From positions 1-49,165 of the forward strand of contig CAZBVV010000002.1 of NCBI GenBank assembly GCA_964495345.1: DNA of 49,165 bases, read 5' to 3'. Both the position numbers and the translations under genes were made by a program. Each line of letters starts with the position of its first letter. The stretch's first letter is position 1. A model generated the notes under the pieces. That model did not search any database and had not been told where the DNA came from. It was given only the letters and a program-made list of their open reading frames with translations. This DNA comes from an uncultured Eubacteriales bacterium. GTDB taxonomy: Bacteria; Bacillota; Clostridia; Oscillospirales; Acutalibacteraceae. This document shows, piece by piece, positions 7,912 through 18,311 of the stretch.

Positions 7912-9282
7912 TTGTTTGAAGCAGATAAATATCTTGATACTGTAAAAAAGATACATTTTATTGGTATAGGCGGCTCGGGAATGTGCCCTCTTGCGGAGAT
8001 TTTACATTCCAAAGGATATGAACTTACAGGGTCGGATAACAACGAAACAGACACACTTGCAAGAATTAAAAATCTTGGTATTCCCGTAGTTCTCGGTCAG
8101 AAAGCGGAGAATATACAGGATGCGGAAATGATAATATACACAGCCGCAATACAAAAGGATAATCCCGAACTTATAGCGGCTTTTGAAAGCGGAATACCCA
8201 CTTTTGAACGCTCAAAGCTTCTGGGTGCAGTTTCAAGAAAGTTCGGTAACTGTATAGGTATAAGCGGAACTCACGGAAAAACCACGGTTACGTCAATGCT
8301 TACCCAGATTCTTATAAACGCAGGTGTTGACCCCTCTGCGGTTATCGGCGGTAAGCTTCCCATGACGGGTACAAACGGTATAACAGGTAATTCCGATATT
8401 TTTGTTTGTGAAGCCTGTGAATATTCCAATACGTTCCTTGAGCTTTCACCCAAGTGCAGTGTGATTCTTAACGTTGATGCAGACCATATGGAATTTTTCA
8501 AGACAATGGATAATCTTCGTCATTCATTCGTTGAATTTGCATCAATGGCTCAAACAGTAATTTATAACGGTGATGATGAAGATACATTAAAGGTTGTTTC
8601 CGAAACGGGGGAAAAGAATTATATCACTTTCGGTCTTGACAGCAAGAACGATTGGTATGCAGACAATTTCGCTGTTGAAAACGGTGCATATTCCTGTTTT
8701 GATGTTTATTATAAAGGTGAAAAGCAGGGCAGGGCATCTTTGTCCGTTCCCGGAAAACATAACATCTACAACGCTCTTGCGGCAATAGCATCAGCAGTAT
8801 ATGCAGGAGTCGATGCAAAAACAGCCATTGACCTGCTCCATGATTTTTACGGTGCAGGCAGACGATTTGAAAAGCTGGGCGAATATAAAGGTATCACCAT
8901 TGTTGATGATTATGCTCATCATCCCACGGAGCTCAGAGTTACCCTTGAAGCTGCCAAAAAGATGAATTATAACAAAGTAATTGCAGTTTTTCAGCCTTTC
9001 ACATATTCAAGAACAGCGATGCTGCTTGATGATTTTGCCGACGTTCTGTCAATAGCTGATAAAGTGGTTATGACTGAAATAATGGGTTCGAGAGAGAAAA
9101 ACACTTACAATATTTACTCTGCTGACCTTGCGGCGAAAATTCCGGACAGCGAATGGTATCCCACTTTTGCGGAAGTTTCAAAGCGAGTACAGGAGCTTGC
9201 GGAGGATGGCGATATAGTTATAACTCTCGGCTGTGGTGACGTTTATAAAATTGCAAAAATGATAATAAATGATTTAAAATAA
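7912..9282 (+). CDS. murC: UDP-N-acetylmuramate--L-alanine ligase
   Basis: 456 aa with IHFIGIGGSGM and GISGTHGKTT Mur-ligase motifs. TTG start with a GGAG RBS. Confidence 0.93.
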   Translation: MFEADKYLDTVKKIHFIGIGGSGMCPLAEILHSKGYELTGSDNNETDTLARIKNLGIPVVLGQKAENIQDAEMIIYTAAIQKDNPELIAAFESGIPTFERSKLLGAVSRKFGNCIGISGTHGKTTVTSMLTQILINAGVDPSAVIGGKLPMTGTNGITGNSDIFVCEACEYSNTFLELSPKCSVILNVDADHMEFFKTMDNLRHSFVEFASMAQTVIYNGDDEDTLKVVSETGEKNYITFGLDSKNDWYADNFAVENGAYSCFDVYYKGEKQGRASLSVPGKHNIYNALAAIASAVYAGVDAKTAIDLLHDFYGAGRRFEKLGEYKGITIVDDYAHHPTELRVTLEAAKKMNYNKVIAVFQPFTYSRTAMLLDDFADVLSIADKVVMTEIMGSREKNTYNIYSADLAAKIPDSEWYPTFAEVSKRVQELAEDGDIVITLGCGDVYKIAKMIINDLK

Positions 9283-9300
9283 ATTTAAGGAGAGGTAAAA

Positions 9301-10290
9301 ATGAATATTATTAAAGGTCTTATTTCTATCGTACTTTCAGTTATCAATATCTTTACTTTTTCCATATTCGGAAACTTTTCAGGTAAAGATGCTTACAATG
9401 TGACAAATGAAGATGAGATTCTTCTTAACTTTGCCGCAGTTTCAGACGTTCATATGACGGATGATCTGGTACGCCGTCAGGTGCTTAAATGCGGTTTGTC
9501 GGATATGGAAAATGCTGATTACGAGCTTGACGCACTTATTCTTGCAGGTGACATTACCAATCACGGCTATGTTGAAGAGTATGAAAACCTCAAAAAAGCA
9601 TTTGAAAACTATTCGCCTGCAAAAGAAATTCTTATGGCGGTAGGTAATCACGACACATGGACGGATGATGACGACAGATATGAGCCTGCAAAAGAAAACT
9701 TTATAAAATATTCAAAGGAAATAACAGGCAGAGAGCTTACGGAATGTTATTATTCAACTGAAATCAACGGCTATACTTTCATCGTTATGGCAAGTGAGGG
9801 CACTAATGTTGCCGCTTATATCAGCGATACACAGCTCCAATGGTTAAGAGCAGAAATGGATAAAGCCGCCGAAAAAGATTTACCCATTTTCGTTATCAGT
9901 CATTGGCCTATAGCTGAATCACACGGTCTTCCCGAAACATGGGGTGAAGAAGAGCCGAACATTCTTGACGGCAGTCTCGGTGCACAGAATTATGAGGTTG
10001 AGGCAATTCTTAAAGATTATGAAAATGTGTTTATGATTTCCGGACACATTCATAACGGCTTTTCTAATGACAGTCAGTCAGCTCTTTACGGATATGCTTC
10101 CGTTGAATCTGACGGCTCATTCCATTCAATCAACCTTCCGTCATATATGTATCTTAGTACACAGGGCGGTTCGGTGCTTGGCGAAGGCTACAATATCGAA
10201 GTATATGAAGATGAAGTAATTGTCCGTGCAAGAAGCTTCACAGCAGGTATATGGCACACCGATTACGATGTAACGATTCCGTTAAAGTAA
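9301..10290 (+). CDS. Membrane-anchored or exported metallophosphoesterase (calcineurin-like)
   Basis: 329 aa with a hydrophobic N-terminus. The motifs DVHM, GDITNHG, GNHD and GHIHNG are present. An AAGGAGAGG RBS precedes the start. Confidence 0.8.
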   Translation: MNIIKGLISIVLSVINIFTFSIFGNFSGKDAYNVTNEDEILLNFAAVSDVHMTDDLVRRQVLKCGLSDMENADYELDALILAGDITNHGYVEEYENLKKAFENYSPAKEILMAVGNHDTWTDDDDRYEPAKENFIKYSKEITGRELTECYYSTEINGYTFIVMASEGTNVAAYISDTQLQWLRAEMDKAAEKDLPIFVISHWPIAESHGLPETWGEEEPNILDGSLGAQNYEVEAILKDYENVFMISGHIHNGFSNDSQSALYGYASVESDGSFHSINLPSYMYLSTQGGSVLGEGYNIEVYEDEVIVRARSFTAGIWHTDYDVTIPLK

Positions 10291-10297
10291 ATATGTT

Positions 10298-10326
10298 GGG
10301 GCTGTTTTCACAGCCCCGATTTTTTT
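10298..10326 (+). terminator. Intrinsic terminator in the convergent gap (phosphoesterase / histidine kinase)
   Basis: GGGGCTG (10298-10304) / CAGCCCC (10311-10317) with a 6-nt loop, then a T run at 10320-10326. Confidence 0.75.
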
Positions 10327-12919
10327 ATGCTTCTGTTGTATCTTCCGTTGATTGTTCAATTATTTGTTCAAGCTGTTCTTCCTGCTTACAGGGGAGTTTT
10401 ACAATAGCCTTAAACAAATCACCGTCAATAATCAGCTTCAGTTCGCCGTTCTGGAGAGTACACAGGTCTTTTGCTATTGCAAGACCCAGACCGTTACCCT
10501 CTTTAGATCTTGACTTGTCACCTCTTACAAATCGTTCGGTAAGCTCGTCGGGAGAAATATTAAGCGGCTCGTTTGAAATGTTTTTTACTTCAAAATATCC
10601 GTTTACACCGTCAGTATATACCGAAACGTAAATTCTTGTATCGGGTGCTGAATATTTTTTTGCATTACTTAAAAGATTGGATATTATTCTGTAAGTTTTT
10701 GCACTGTCGGCAATAACTTTGGGTGCGTTGTCCGGCTCGTTAAATACAATCTCGTTGCCGTTTTTCTCCGTTTCGGGGGCATATTCAACTGTTGCCTGTA
10801 TCGCAAGCTCCGATAAGTTGAGTATGGACATATTAAGAGTAACGTTACCTGACGACACCTTTGACGCTTCAATCAAATCTTCGATAAGCCTTTTAAGTTT
10901 GATTGACTGCCTGTGTATAACATCCGTATATTTTATTGCCGATTCATCCGTAATATCACATTTTGACAATAAATCGGAATAGGTTATAAGCGACGTAAGG
11001 GGAGTTTTCAGGTCGTGTGAAACGTTTGTAATAAGCTCCGTTTTCATCTGCTCGTCTTTTACAGCCTGTGCAACAGCTCTTTCAAGTTCAGCATTTGTGT
11101 TTGTAAGATTATTTGCAAGCAGAGCCAATGAATCGGGTGCTTTTTCAGCTCCGAAATCCACTTCTTTGTGCTCACAGGATGCGGCAATTATCAGATCAAG
11201 CATCTTTACATACTTAGCTGAAAAATATGCAACAATTGAGTTGAATATTATCATTACAATAATGGATAATAACGCTATTTCGCCCGCACTTACAAAATAA
11301 TAACCGCCAATCGCAAAGAGAATCAATGCTATATTAATCCCTGCATAACCTATTACCATTATTATAGCCTTTGCCGTAAGAACTTTTGGTTTGTATGAAA
11401 AAACCTTAATAATTTTATCCTTGAGCTTTCTGAATCCTCTGCAATTCCAACTGACGAATTTTGCAATAAGAGTTCTTTTAAAGAATGAATAGCCGCATTT
11501 TTTGATTCGTGCCGTTGATGAAATCCATTCAGCAAGTACAATCCAGCAAATCACAGCAATTAACGAGATAACATACTTTAACATAGTTACATATTCATAC
11601 GGATTATTGGCATCAAGGAACAGATTTATAATCAATGCTGTTGCACCTGCTACACCTGCCGCAATAATGCCGAATGATAATATAAAGTGAATATCCGTAG
11701 GTACTTTGTCAATCAATGCAAGCACGGGGTATTCAAAATCATTCTTATGACCGCAGGCACAGGCAAAAGCAACAAGCAGAATTATTGCCATTATAAGACT
11801 TACAATGAATACCGTTATCAATAAAACTGCTGATAAATCGTAACATTCATAATATGCATCATACAACGAACGGTAAATGTCTGACTCAGCAGTATCACCG
11901 ATAACAACATCCTCCATGTAGATGTATACGCACTTTCCGTTAGATAATGTCAAAATGTTTTTAATACGTCCCGTGGTGTCCTTGTCATCAGCAAAACCGT
12001 GAATCACAATGTCCTTACCGTCAAAATAAGCATAAATATCGTGATTGATTATATATGCAACATTGAAATCTCCGTCGATATTTGTGTATACCGTACCTTG
12101 TGAATCTTCTGCATAATAGCGGAAATTCATTAATTCTTCAAGTTCATATTTGTTAGAATAGGTATCATATGTCAGGTCGTTTATGAAAGACTGTTTTTCG
12201 CTGTTGTATTGTGCATAAAACTGCTTTTTTATCTGCGATTCGGAATATTTGAGATTATCAATAAAAAGAATTGTTTGATATGATGCAGATGTATCAATCG
12301 TCTGATTGTAATAAATATCTGCCGTATAAGAAAAATCGTAGTCAAAAGCATCGCTTCTTACAAGAGCTTCATAATTAAGAAAATCCTTGCCTTCTGCAGT
12401 TTCGAGTATTTTTTTTGCCGCTTCAACATTTTTCGGTATATTGACTGTTGTCGTTTCTTCTGATGTGCTTACTTCTTCCGTAATTATTGTCTGACTTTCA
12501 GGTATTGTTACAAGTTCAGCTGTGTATTCATAGTTGAAATATGATTCATCGTAGTTTTCTACAGCATATTCAAGCTCTGATTTTATAATAGCGGCTTTTT
12601 TTGTCAGATAGCTTTCAACTGCTGCATTTACTGTTGCTTCCGCCTGTGAATCTATTACAGAGGTAATAACGGATATGTTACTGTCTGCAAGCTGTGAAAT
12701 TTTGTAAGCATCACTTGCGAATTCGTCTTTGAAAGCAAGCGTATTATAAAAACTTACATCATCATTACCGTTTAAATAATTTTCGGGACCGAAAATTATC
12801 AATGACTGAAAAAATACGATTGCACTGTATGCCGCCGAGAAAAACATAACGGCAGACAGAATCAGGCATAATCCCTTTGAAAATAATGTGTGTTTAAATT
12901 TTTTCGATTTTGTAGCCAA
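10325..12919 (-). CDS. Sensor histidine kinase with a large extracytoplasmic domain and multiple TM segments
   Basis: 864 aa. An N-terminal TM helix is followed by about 330 aa that are probably outside the cell, then about 5 further hydrophobic segments. The HisKA H-box (SHDLKTPLTSL) and HATPase N/G boxes (SNAKKY, GNGLGLAI) follow. The TTG start overlaps the regulator gene by 26 nt. Confidence 0.85.
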   Translation of the reverse strand: MATKSKKFKHTLFSKGLCLILSAVMFFSAAYSAIVFFQSLIIFGPENYLNGNDDVSFYNTLAFKDEFASDAYKISQLADSNISVITSVIDSQAEATVNAAVESYLTKKAAIIKSELEYAVENYDESYFNYEYTAELVTIPESQTIITEEVSTSEETTTVNIPKNVEAAKKILETAEGKDFLNYEALVRSDAFDYDFSYTADIYYNQTIDTSASYQTILFIDNLKYSESQIKKQFYAQYNSEKQSFINDLTYDTYSNKYELEELMNFRYYAEDSQGTVYTNIDGDFNVAYIINHDIYAYFDGKDIVIHGFADDKDTTGRIKNILTLSNGKCVYIYMEDVVIGDTAESDIYRSLYDAYYECYDLSAVLLITVFIVSLIMAIILLVAFACACGHKNDFEYPVLALIDKVPTDIHFILSFGIIAAGVAGATALIINLFLDANNPYEYVTMLKYVISLIAVICWIVLAEWISSTARIKKCGYSFFKRTLIAKFVSWNCRGFRKLKDKIIKVFSYKPKVLTAKAIIMVIGYAGINIALILFAIGGYYFVSAGEIALLSIIVMIIFNSIVAYFSAKYVKMLDLIIAASCEHKEVDFGAEKAPDSLALLANNLTNTNAELERAVAQAVKDEQMKTELITNVSHDLKTPLTSLITYSDLLSKCDITDESAIKYTDVIHRQSIKLKRLIEDLIEASKVSSGNVTLNMSILNLSELAIQATVEYAPETEKNGNEIVFNEPDNAPKVIADSAKTYRIISNLLSNAKKYSAPDTRIYVSVYTDGVNGYFEVKNISNEPLNISPDELTERFVRGDKSRSKEGNGLGLAIAKDLCTLQNGELKLIIDGDLFKAIVKLPCKQEEQLEQIIEQSTEDTTEA

Positions 12920-13583
12920 GTCCCCACACCACCTTTAAGTATTTAGGTTCTTTCGGGTTGATTTCTATTTTTTCCCGAATGTTCCTTATATGTACCGTGA
13001 CAGTTTTTTCAGTGTGAAATGCCGGCTCGTTCCATACCGCTTCATAAATTTGAGTGCCCGATAAAACTCTTCCCATATTAAGCATAAGATACTCCAATAT
13101 GCTGTATTCCTTTGCGGTAAGTGTGATACTCTCGCCGTCAACAAGAACCTCTTTGCTGTCTCTGTTAAGAGCAAGACCGCCTGTAATGAGCATATTTTCG
13201 CTTTTTTTCATGCTGCCGAGCATACTGTAACGCCTTATCTGCGATTTGACCCTTGCAACAAGCTCAAGAGGATTAAACGGTTTTGTAACATAGTCGTCGG
13301 CACCGAAGCCCAGACCTGTTATTTTGTCCGTATCCTCACTCCTTGCAGAAAGCAGAATAATAGGAAAGTTGTATTTTTCCCTTATTTTTATTGTGGTTTT
13401 GAGTCCGTCCATTCTCGGCATCATAATGTCAAGCACAAGACAGTGAATTTCATTTTCTTCTATTTTTTCAATAGCCTGAACACCGTCACAAGCTGTGATA
13501 ATGTTGTAGCCCTCTGATTTTAAATAGATTTCAATGGATTCAAGAATAGCGGAATCGTCATCGCAAACAAGAACGTTATACAT
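12894..13583 (-). CDS. OmpR/PhoB-type response regulator
   Basis: 229 aa. The receiver domain shows DD...VLDIMMPRMDG...K, followed by a winged-helix DNA-binding domain (LTAKEYSILEYL...VWGLGYK). An AAAGGAG RBS precedes the start. Confidence 0.9.
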   Translation of the reverse strand: MYNVLVCDDDSAILESIEIYLKSEGYNIITACDGVQAIEKIEENEIHCLVLDIMMPRMDGLKTTIKIREKYNFPIILLSARSEDTDKITGLGFGADDYVTKPFNPLELVARVKSQIRRYSMLGSMKKSENMLITGGLALNRDSKEVLVDGESITLTAKEYSILEYLMLNMGRVLSGTQIYEAVWNEPAFHTEKTVTVHIRNIREKIEINPKEPKYLKVVWGLGYKIEKI

Positions 13584-13679
13584 TGTATATCTCCTTTATG
13601 AAGTGTCACGGTTGTGATTATATTAAAACATACGGAAAATAAAATAAATACAATAAAAAGTAAAGAAAAAGTTAAGTTT

Positions 13680-14966
13680 TTAAATTAATTCGCCTATGCA
13701 GTTTTCTCCGGATACAGCGGTGATTTTAACATCTCTGATAACACCCGTAAGACATTCGTCACATTTTACAATTACCGGTGTGTAATTTTTTGTGTAGCCG
13801 CATTGATAACCGTTTTTAGGAGCTTCAAAAAGTACGGCATATGTTTTACCGATTATATCACCGAACGCACCGGCTCTTAATTTTTCGCAAACGGAAGAAA
13901 GCTCTGCGGCTCGCTCACTCTTAACGGAATTGGGAAGCTGTCCGTCCATTTTGGCGGCTTTTGTACCTTCTCTTATTGAATAGGGAAATACATGCACTTT
14001 TTCAAATTTAATCTTTTTTGCAAATTCAACTGTCTGTTTAAATTCTTCATCCGTTTCACCGGGAAAACCTGTAATTATATCGGTAGTAATTGATGTGTCT
14101 TCAAAAGTGTTTCTTAATTTCTTAACAAGAGAAGCATATTCTTCGGAATTGTAGTGCCTGTTCATTCTTTTAAGAACGGTGTCACATCCGCTTTGCAGAG
14201 AAATATGGAATTGGGGGCAGAATTTTTTGCAGGACGCAAAAATATCAATCATTTCATCGGTGATGTGGTCGGGTTCAAGTGAGCCGAGTCTTATACGCTC
14301 AATGCCGTCTGTGGTTTCTGCGGCAACTACTGCATCTGCAAGCGTACAGCCGATATCTCTGCCGTATGCGGAAAGATTTATACCCACAAAAACAATTTCT
14401 TTAAATCCGTTTTTAGCAAGGGATTTGATTTCTTCTTTAACGTCGTCAAGAGCCTTTGACCTGCTTCTTCCTCTTGCGTAAGGAATTGCACAGTATGAGC
14501 AAAATCTGTTACATCCGTCCTGAATTTTTACAAATGCTCTTGTATGCTCCGAAAAATCGTTGATAATTCCGCCGTTGTACCTGTCATCATTCCGATGCTG
14601 TGAAATATTGATTACATTTCTATGTTCTGCAAAATATTTATTTAAAGCGTCAATAAGCAAACCATTGTTTTTGTTGCCCAGAATAATATCAGCTTCTTTT
14701 ATCGCAAGAGCCTCATCGGGAAACGCCTGAGGTACACAGCCTGTCATAACCACAACTGAATCAGGATGGGCTGATTTGAATTTTCTTACAGCCTGCCTTG
14801 TTTTTCTGTTACTTTCGGCAGTAACCGTACAGGAATTTATAATGTATACATCGGCATTCTCTTTGTGACTTACAACGAGATATCCGTTTTTTGTAAGCAT
14901 TTCTTTCATTTCTTCGGATTCATACTGATTTACTTTGCATCCGAGTGTGTAAATTGCTGCTTTCAT
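13680..14966 (-). CDS. mtaB: Radical-SAM tRNA methylthiotransferase (MtaB-like, MiaB family)
   Basis: N-terminal YTLGCKVNQYESE, radical-SAM CNRFCSYC and a C-terminal TRAM-like region. I prefer ATG 14966 (MKAAIYTLGC, AGGA upstream) over the GTG at 14975 used in the ORF track. Confidence 0.8.
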   Translation of the reverse strand: MKAAIYTLGCKVNQYESEEMKEMLTKNGYLVVSHKENADVYIINSCTVTAESNRKTRQAVRKFKSAHPDSVVVMTGCVPQAFPDEALAIKEADIILGNKNNGLLIDALNKYFAEHRNVINISQHRNDDRYNGGIINDFSEHTRAFVKIQDGCNRFCSYCAIPYARGRSRSKALDDVKEEIKSLAKNGFKEIVFVGINLSAYGRDIGCTLADAVVAAETTDGIERIRLGSLEPDHITDEMIDIFASCKKFCPQFHISLQSGCDTVLKRMNRHYNSEEYASLVKKLRNTFEDTSITTDIITGFPGETDEEFKQTVEFAKKIKFEKVHVFPYSIREGTKAAKMDGQLPNSVKSERAAELSSVCEKLRAGAFGDIIGKTYAVLFEAPKNGYQCGYTKNYTPVIVKCDECLTGVIRDVKITAVSGENCIGELI

Positions 14967-15022
14967 TTTTATCACATCCTAACTTATTATTATAAGCAAC
15001 ACTCGACAAAAAAGCAAGTATA

Positions 15023-15052
15023 TTGCAATCAGCTTGGGCATAAAATTATAAA
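15023..15052 (+). promoter_or_regulatory. Candidate promoter TTGCAA-17-TTATAA upstream of the carboxypeptidase gene
   Basis: -35 TTGCAA at 15023-15028 and -10 TTATAA at 15046-15051 (or TATAAA one nt later). Confidence 0.35.
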
Positions 15053-15079
15053 AAGTATTTTTAAAAAGGTGTGTTATAA

Positions 15080-16306
15080 ATGAAAAGAAGATTTACATTT
15101 TTATTGGCAGTATTTTTATTGTTGAATTTCAGTTGTTTTTCTTTTGCAAAGGAACTTTCGGTTGATGATGTGGCAGAGTATTCGTTAGCGGCACACGTTA
15201 CGGATGAAACGGTGGATGTTTCTGCCGTTATGTCGGATGTTCAGATTGAAACATACGCCAAAGCAGTTGTGCTTATGGAAAAATCCACAGGTAAAGTTCT
15301 TTATGCCGAAAATGAGAACGACCTGCTTTATCCTGCTTCCGTCACAAAAATAATGACTATTTTACTTGTTTGCGAAGCCATAGATTCGGGTAAAATAAAA
15401 CTGTCTGATGAAGTTGCCTGTTCTGCAACTGCCGCCGCAAAAGGCGGTTCACAGATCTGGCTTGAACAGGGCGAGGTTATGACCGTTGAAGAGCTTTTAA
15501 AAGCAACCTGCATTTACAGTGCAAACGACGCTTGCACTCTTTTGGGTGAATATTTAAGCGGCAGTGAGGAAGCTTTTGTTGCCGAAATGAATAAAAAAGC
15601 TGAACAGCTTGGTATGAATAATACAAATTTTGATAACTGTTCAGGTCTTGACGATACCACCGACACCCATCTCACTACGGCTTACGATATAGCATTGATG
15701 GCTCGGGAGCTTATTGCAAACCATGATTTTGTAAAGCAGTATACTACCGTGTGGATGGATTCTCTGCGTGGCGGCGAAACTCAGCTCGTTAATACAAATA
15801 AACTTGTACGCACTTACAACGGAATAACGGGACTTAAAACGGGAACTACCGAAAAAGCAGGCTGCTGCGTGTGTGCAACTGCCGAAAGAGATTCAATGGA
15901 GCTTATAGCCGTCGTGCTTGGCAGCGATAACAGTAATGACAGATTTGCCACCGCACAGAATCTCCTTAACTGGGGATTTGCAAACTACAAAATCGTTCAG
16001 CCTGTTTTTGATTCGGAACTTGTGAGGGATTTAAACGTAACCCATGGCAAAGAAGAAAAAGTCTCACTTGAAATCCCCATGCTGGATGCACTTCTTGTCA
16101 ATAAAAGTAACAACGGTGAAGTTAAAGTTAAAATCGAACTGCCCGAAAGTGTTGAAGCTCCCGTAGAAGCAGGGGAGAACGTGGGGAAAGTAAAGGTTTA
16201 TCTCGGAGATGACGTTGTAAGTGAATACAATATAAAAACATCGACAAGTGTTGAAAAACTTAATTTCTTTGTTGCAATTTATAAGCTTCTGACCTCATTT
16301 TCTTAG
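15080..16306 (+). CDS. D-alanyl-D-alanine carboxypeptidase (PBP5/6 type, S11 peptidase)
   Basis: 408 aa with a signal peptide. The motifs SVTK (SxxK), SAND (SxN) and KTGTT (KTG) are present, followed by a PBP5-C-like domain and an amphipathic C-terminal tail. Confidence 0.85.
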   Translation: MKRRFTFLLAVFLLLNFSCFSFAKELSVDDVAEYSLAAHVTDETVDVSAVMSDVQIETYAKAVVLMEKSTGKVLYAENENDLLYPASVTKIMTILLVCEAIDSGKIKLSDEVACSATAAAKGGSQIWLEQGEVMTVEELLKATCIYSANDACTLLGEYLSGSEEAFVAEMNKKAEQLGMNNTNFDNCSGLDDTTDTHLTTAYDIALMARELIANHDFVKQYTTVWMDSLRGGETQLVNTNKLVRTYNGITGLKTGTTEKAGCCVCATAERDSMELIAVVLGSDNSNDRFATAQNLLNWGFANYKIVQPVFDSELVRDLNVTHGKEEKVSLEIPMLDALLVNKSNNGEVKVKIELPESVEAPVEAGENVGKVKVYLGDDVVSEYNIKTSTSVEKLNFFVAIYKLLTSFS

Positions 16307-16344
16307 AAAAAATAAAAAAATATATGGTAATGTCCAAATTTCTA

Positions 16345-16373
16345 TTGAAAAATTTTAAAATACATAGTATAAT
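16345..16373 (+). promoter_or_regulatory. Sigma-A-type promoter TTGAAA-17-TATAAT upstream of pgi
   Basis: -35 at 16345-16350, 17-nt spacer, -10 at 16368-16373. Confidence 0.5.
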
Positions 16374-16406
16374 AAACCAAATTAAATTTTTTGCGAGGCA
16401 AACACA

Positions 16407-17753
16407 ATGGCGATTAAACTTAATTGTAAGTATCTCTCAACTTTTGTCAGCGATGCGGATATTGCCGCTGTCGAGGGTGAAGTCAAAGGTGCTTACGAAC
16501 AACTCTATTCAACAAAAGCAACTGCAGCAGGTAATGCTTTTCACGGCTGGCTGAATCTTCCCGAAAATTATGATAAGGAAGAATTTGCACGTATCAAATC
16601 TGCCGCAGAAAAAATAAATAAGGATTCCGACGTTCTCGTTGTTATCGGAATCGGCGGCTCATACTTAGGTGCAAGAGCAGCTATAGAATTTTGTAAATCA
16701 AAAAATTATAATGTAGTTGCAAAAGATACTCCCAAGATTTTTTTCGTAGGCAATTCGTTAAGTCCTACCGAAATTTCAGAGGTACTCTCCATATGCAGAA
16801 CCTGTGATTTTTCAGTAAACGTTATTTCAAAATCAGGTACTACTACGGAGCCTGCCGTAGCATTCAGACTTTTTAAAGCTCTTCTTATCGAAAAATACGG
16901 CGAAAAGGAAGCTGCAGGCAGAATTTACGCTACAACGGATAAAGCAAAGGGCACACTTAAAGAGATGGCAGACAGCGAGGGATATCAGACCTTTGTTGTA
17001 CCCGACGATGTGGGCGGCAGATTCTCAGTTCTTACTGCGGTCGGACTTCTTCCCATAGCTGTTGCAGGTGTTGATGTTGATGCACTTATGAACGGTGCTT
17101 ACGACGCTATGAAAAAATACGAAAACGGCGATGTTCTTACCAACGATTGCTGTAAATATGCCGCCATCAGAAACATCCTGTTAAGACAGGGCAAAAACGT
17201 TGAAATGATGGTTTGCTACGAACCGGATTACACAATGATGAACGAATGGTTCAAACAGCTTTTCGGTGAAAGCGAAGGCAAAGATAATAAGGGTATTTTC
17301 CCTTCTTCCGCTATATATTCAACAGATCTTCATTCTCTCGGTCAGTATGTTCAGGAAGGTCAGCGTCAGTTGTTTGAAACTGTTGTTGTATTTAATGAAC
17401 CAAAGTGCGATATCGTTATAGATGAAGACGAAAATAACAGCGACGGTCTTAACTTTATTGCAGGTAAGACAATGTCGTACGTCAACTCAAAAGCCTTTGA
17501 GGGTACTATACTTGCTCACACAGACGGTGACGTTCCCAATATTGTGCTTGAGGTTGACAAAATGGATGCATATAATTTAGGTTATCTTATATATTTTCTT
17601 GAAAAGGCTTGTGCAGTTTCCGGCTATATGCTGGGTGTAAATCCCTTTGATCAGCCCGGTGTTGAAAGCTATAAGAAAAATATGTTCGCATTACTTGGTA
17701 AACCCGGTTATGAGGACTTGGCAGAAAGCCTTGAAAAGAGAATAAATAATTAA
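16407..17753 (+). CDS. pgi: Glucose-6-phosphate isomerase
   Basis: 448 aa of the short Gram-positive Pgi type, with [20 protein letters not shown] and GESEGK motifs. Confidence 0.92.
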   Translation: MAIKLNCKYLSTFVSDADIAAVEGEVKGAYEQLYSTKATAAGNAFHGWLNLPENYDKEEFARIKSAAEKINKDSDVLVVIGIGGSYLGARAAIEFCKSKNYNVVAKDTPKIFFVGNSLSPTEISEVLSICRTCDFSVNVISKSGTTTEPAVAFRLFKALLIEKYGEKEAAGRIYATTDKAKGTLKEMADSEGYQTFVVPDDVGGRFSVLTAVGLLPIAVAGVDVDALMNGAYDAMKKYENGDVLTNDCCKYAAIRNILLRQGKNVEMMVCYEPDYTMMNEWFKQLFGESEGKDNKGIFPSSAIYSTDLHSLGQYVQEGQRQLFETVVVFNEPKCDIVIDEDENNSDGLNFIAGKTMSYVNSKAFEGTILAHTDGDVPNIVLEVDKMDAYNLGYLIYFLEKACAVSGYMLGVNPFDQPGVESYKKNMFALLGKPGYEDLAESLEKRINN

Positions 17754-17784
17754 CCCATTATTATAAAGTAAAGGAGAAATTCAA

Positions 17785-18201
17785 ATGATTACATTACTTA
17801 CAGGAACAAAAGGCAGCGGCAAAACAAAGAAGCTTATCGCTCTTATTGATGAAGCATTCCAGGCTTCTCAGGGTCACGTTATTTGTGTTGAGCAGAAAGA
17901 TGCTCTCAGATACGATATTAAGCCCAGCGTAAGACTCGTTTCCGCAGACCATTACGATATTAAAGGCTTCGATGCTTTCTACGGCTTGCTTGCAGGTCTT
18001 TGTGCAGGCGACCACGACATTACCGACATTCTTGTTGACGCTACACTCCGTATCGGTTCAAGAGATTACGATGAGCTTGCAGCTTTCCTTGCAAAAGTTA
18101 ATGCTCTGGCGGCAGATGCAGATGTTAAGTTCACATTTACGGTTTCAACAGAAACTGAAAATATACCTGCAAGTGTTCTTTCATTCTGTGAACTCAAGTA
18201 A
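17785..18201 (+). CDS. Small P-loop (Walker A) protein of unknown function
   Basis: 138 aa with an AAAGGAG RBS. Walker A GTKGSGKT lies at residues 7-14, and there is a possible Walker-B-like hydrophobic strand ending in D (DILVDAT). Confidence 0.6.
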   Translation: MITLLTGTKGSGKTKKLIALIDEAFQASQGHVICVEQKDALRYDIKPSVRLVSADHYDIKGFDAFYGLLAGLCAGDHDITDILVDATLRIGSRDYDELAAFLAKVNALAADADVKFTFTVSTETENIPASVLSFCELK

Positions 18202-18250
18202 TTGAATTCCAAAAAAATTCCTGTTTTGCGGTAAAAAATATTAAAAAGTA

Positions 18251-18279
18251 TTGACAAAACCGCAAAATGAATATATAAT
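18251..18279 (+). promoter_or_regulatory. Perfect consensus sigma-A promoter TTGACA-17-TATAAT for yceD-rpmF
   Basis: -35 TTGACA at 18251-18256, 17-nt spacer, -10 TATAAT at 18274-18279. Confidence 0.65.
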
Positions 18280-18311
18280 ATACTCTGTTCGTATTTTGGA
18301 GGACTTTGCAG

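Noticed and set aside
16324-16554. A 76-aa ORF overlapping the pgi promoter and 5' end, and a 78-aa ORF at 38350-38586 overlapping the 3' end of the GH25 gene.
   Set aside because: Neither has an RBS. Both overlap a consensus promoter or a confidently assigned gene, and their composition is atypical for coding sequence.
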